DNA of 64,000 bases from assembly GCF_009914755.1 (NCBI RefSeq), contig NC_060927.1; one strand, 5' to 3'. Numbering within the stretch: position 1 is the stretch's first letter; the number at the start of each line of letters is the position of its first letter. Shown in pieces: positions 1 to 64,000 of the stretch. Source of the DNA: the human T2T-CHM13v2.0 reference genome, Homo sapiens. Made by a program: the position numbers and the translations under genes. The notes below the pieces were generated by a model. The model made no database searches. It worked only from the letters and a program-made list of their open reading frames with translations, and was not told the origin of the DNA.

Positions 1-47523
<47,523 letters not shown>

Positions 47524-48293
47524 ACCTGGATCAGGGGAGAAATGCCCAGCTGTCACCAGACCTGGGGCAGCTCTCCTGACAAAGCTGTTTGCTCTTGGGT
47601 TGGGAGGAAGCAAATGCAAGCTGGGCTGGGTCTAGTCCCTCCCCCCCACAGGTGACATGAGTACAGACCCTCCTCAATCACCACATTGTGCCTCTGCTTT
47701 GGGGGTGCCCCTGCCTCCAGCAGAGCTCCCACCATTCACTGTGACATCTTTCCGTGTCACCCTGCCTGGAAGAGGTCTGGGTGGGGAGGCCAGTTCCCAT
47801 AGGAAGGAGTCTGCCTCTTCTGTCCCCAGGCTCACTCAGCCTGGCGGCCATGGGGCCTGCCGTGCCTGCCCCACTGTGACCCACAGGCCTGGGTGGTGTA
47901 CCTCCTGGACTTCTCCCCAGGCTCACTCAGTGCGCACTTAGGGGTGGACTCAGCTCTGTCTGGCTCACCCTCACGGGCTACCCCCACCTCACCCTGTGCT
48001 CCTTGTGCCACTGCTCCCAGTGCTGCTGCTGACCTTCACTGACAGCTCCTAGTGGAAGCCCAAGGGCCTCTGAAAGCCTCCTGCTGCCCACTGTTTCCCT
48101 GGGCTGAGAGGGGAAGTGCATATGTGTAGCGGGTACTGGTTCCTGTGTCTTAGGGCACAAGCCTTAGCAAATGATTGATTCTCCCTGGACAAAGCAGGAA
48201 AGCAGATAGAGCAGGGAAAAGGAAGAACAGAGTTTATTTTTACAGAAAAGAGGGTGGGAGGGTGTGGTCTTGGCCCTTATAGGACCCTGTGCC

Positions 48294-48299
48294 AATAAA
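48294..48299 (+). terminator. AATAAA poly(A) signal of ECE2
   Basis: Canonical hexamer ~770 nt after the stop, followed by a pyrimidine/U-rich downstream element. Confidence 0.85.
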
Positions 48300-49069
48300 C
48301 AGACATGCATCCGTCAGCCTGTCTCTCTTCCTTCAGTCCTGTTTTCATGTATCCATTCACTCATTCCACCAGCGTCTATAGAGCAACTACTGTATGCCAG
48401 CCACTGTCGTCAGTGCTCATTTACTCACTAGTGGATACAGGGGACTGAGATTTGAAGCCCAGAGAAGACAGAGAAAGAGAGGCAGGATGGAGGAATGGAA
48501 GGAAGTTGAGTCTGACTGGGCAGAATACATTGTCTGCTAACTGGTGGCCATAGCCTCATCCCCAGCTGTTCTACAGCTGGAAGGATTTGCTGCTTTCCTC
48601 CACTGGTGCGTGCAGCCAGGCCTGACACTGAGTGTGGGTAACTACTGGGCCAGGGTCAACTTGGAAGATGGGCGGCCCTTACCCTGCAGTGGTGGGAAGT
48701 CCTGGGCATATCACTCCCTGAGCTCCCAGAGCTCAAAGCCCTGGCCTCTGCTTGTAGCTGAAAAGACAAACATTTCCTTCTAGCCTCAAAGGCTCAGAGC
48801 TCCCAAGAGTCAGCCATTCCACCTACACACACTCATTAGGCCTACCAAGTGCCAGGCACAGAGACTGCATATATGGCCTCTACCCTCCAGAGTGAGGGAG
48901 GGAAAAGGAACGTTGATTGAATACCTCCTGTGTTCCAGGCACCTGTGCTAGGTGGCTCATTTCTTTATTCATTCATCCATTTATTAATTTATACATTCAT
49001 AGGCTTATTTTCAAAAAAAATTGCTTTATCAACAATGTGTCAGGCACTGGTGATACAAAAATGAATAAG

Positions 49070-54016
<4,947 letters not shown>

Positions 54017-54099
54017 TTAATATTCCACAGTGGTGTGGGGCTAGACACAGTTACACAGACTTTATACAGGCGGCAATCAAGCGTCCTGGACGTCAAGAA

Positions 54100-64000
<9,901 letters not shown>

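Overview
This is primate, almost certainly human, genomic DNA, recognised as the ALG3-EEF1AKMT4-CAMK2N2-ECE2-PSMD2 locus (chr3q27.1 from prior knowledge). It contains the 5' part of ALG3 (- strand, two alternative first coding exons), head-to-head with EEF1AKMT4 (+, 3 exons, 255 aa). It also contains CAMK2N2 (-, 2 exons, 79 aa), the complete ECE2 M13 metalloprotease gene (+, 19 exons; 736/765/811 aa by alternative use of exon 2) and PSMD2 exons 1-21 (+, truncated at the window end). EEF1AKMT4 exon 2 and ECE2 exon 3 join in frame to give the known 883-aa EEF1AKMT4-ECE2 readthrough protein, with CAMK2N2 antisense inside that intron. Non-coding DNA is Alu-dense, with MaLR LTRs, MER/L2 fragments and microsatellites. 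All exon boundaries were read by hand from GT/AG sites and checked for reading-frame phase; repeat boundaries are approximate. Most notable observations: (1) a perfect 124-bp inverted copy of nearby unique DNA inserted inside an Alu upstream of PSMD2; (2) a recursive-splice-site-like CAG|GTGAGC at the EEF1AKMT4 terminal exon that could produce the fusion mRNA; (3) a candidate extra in-frame ECE2 first exon in a GC-rich island divergent from CAMK2N2; (4) uORFs in CAMK2N2 and ECE2; (5) an inverted-half-site RE1/REST-like element. No evidence of a wholly new multi-gene system was found.
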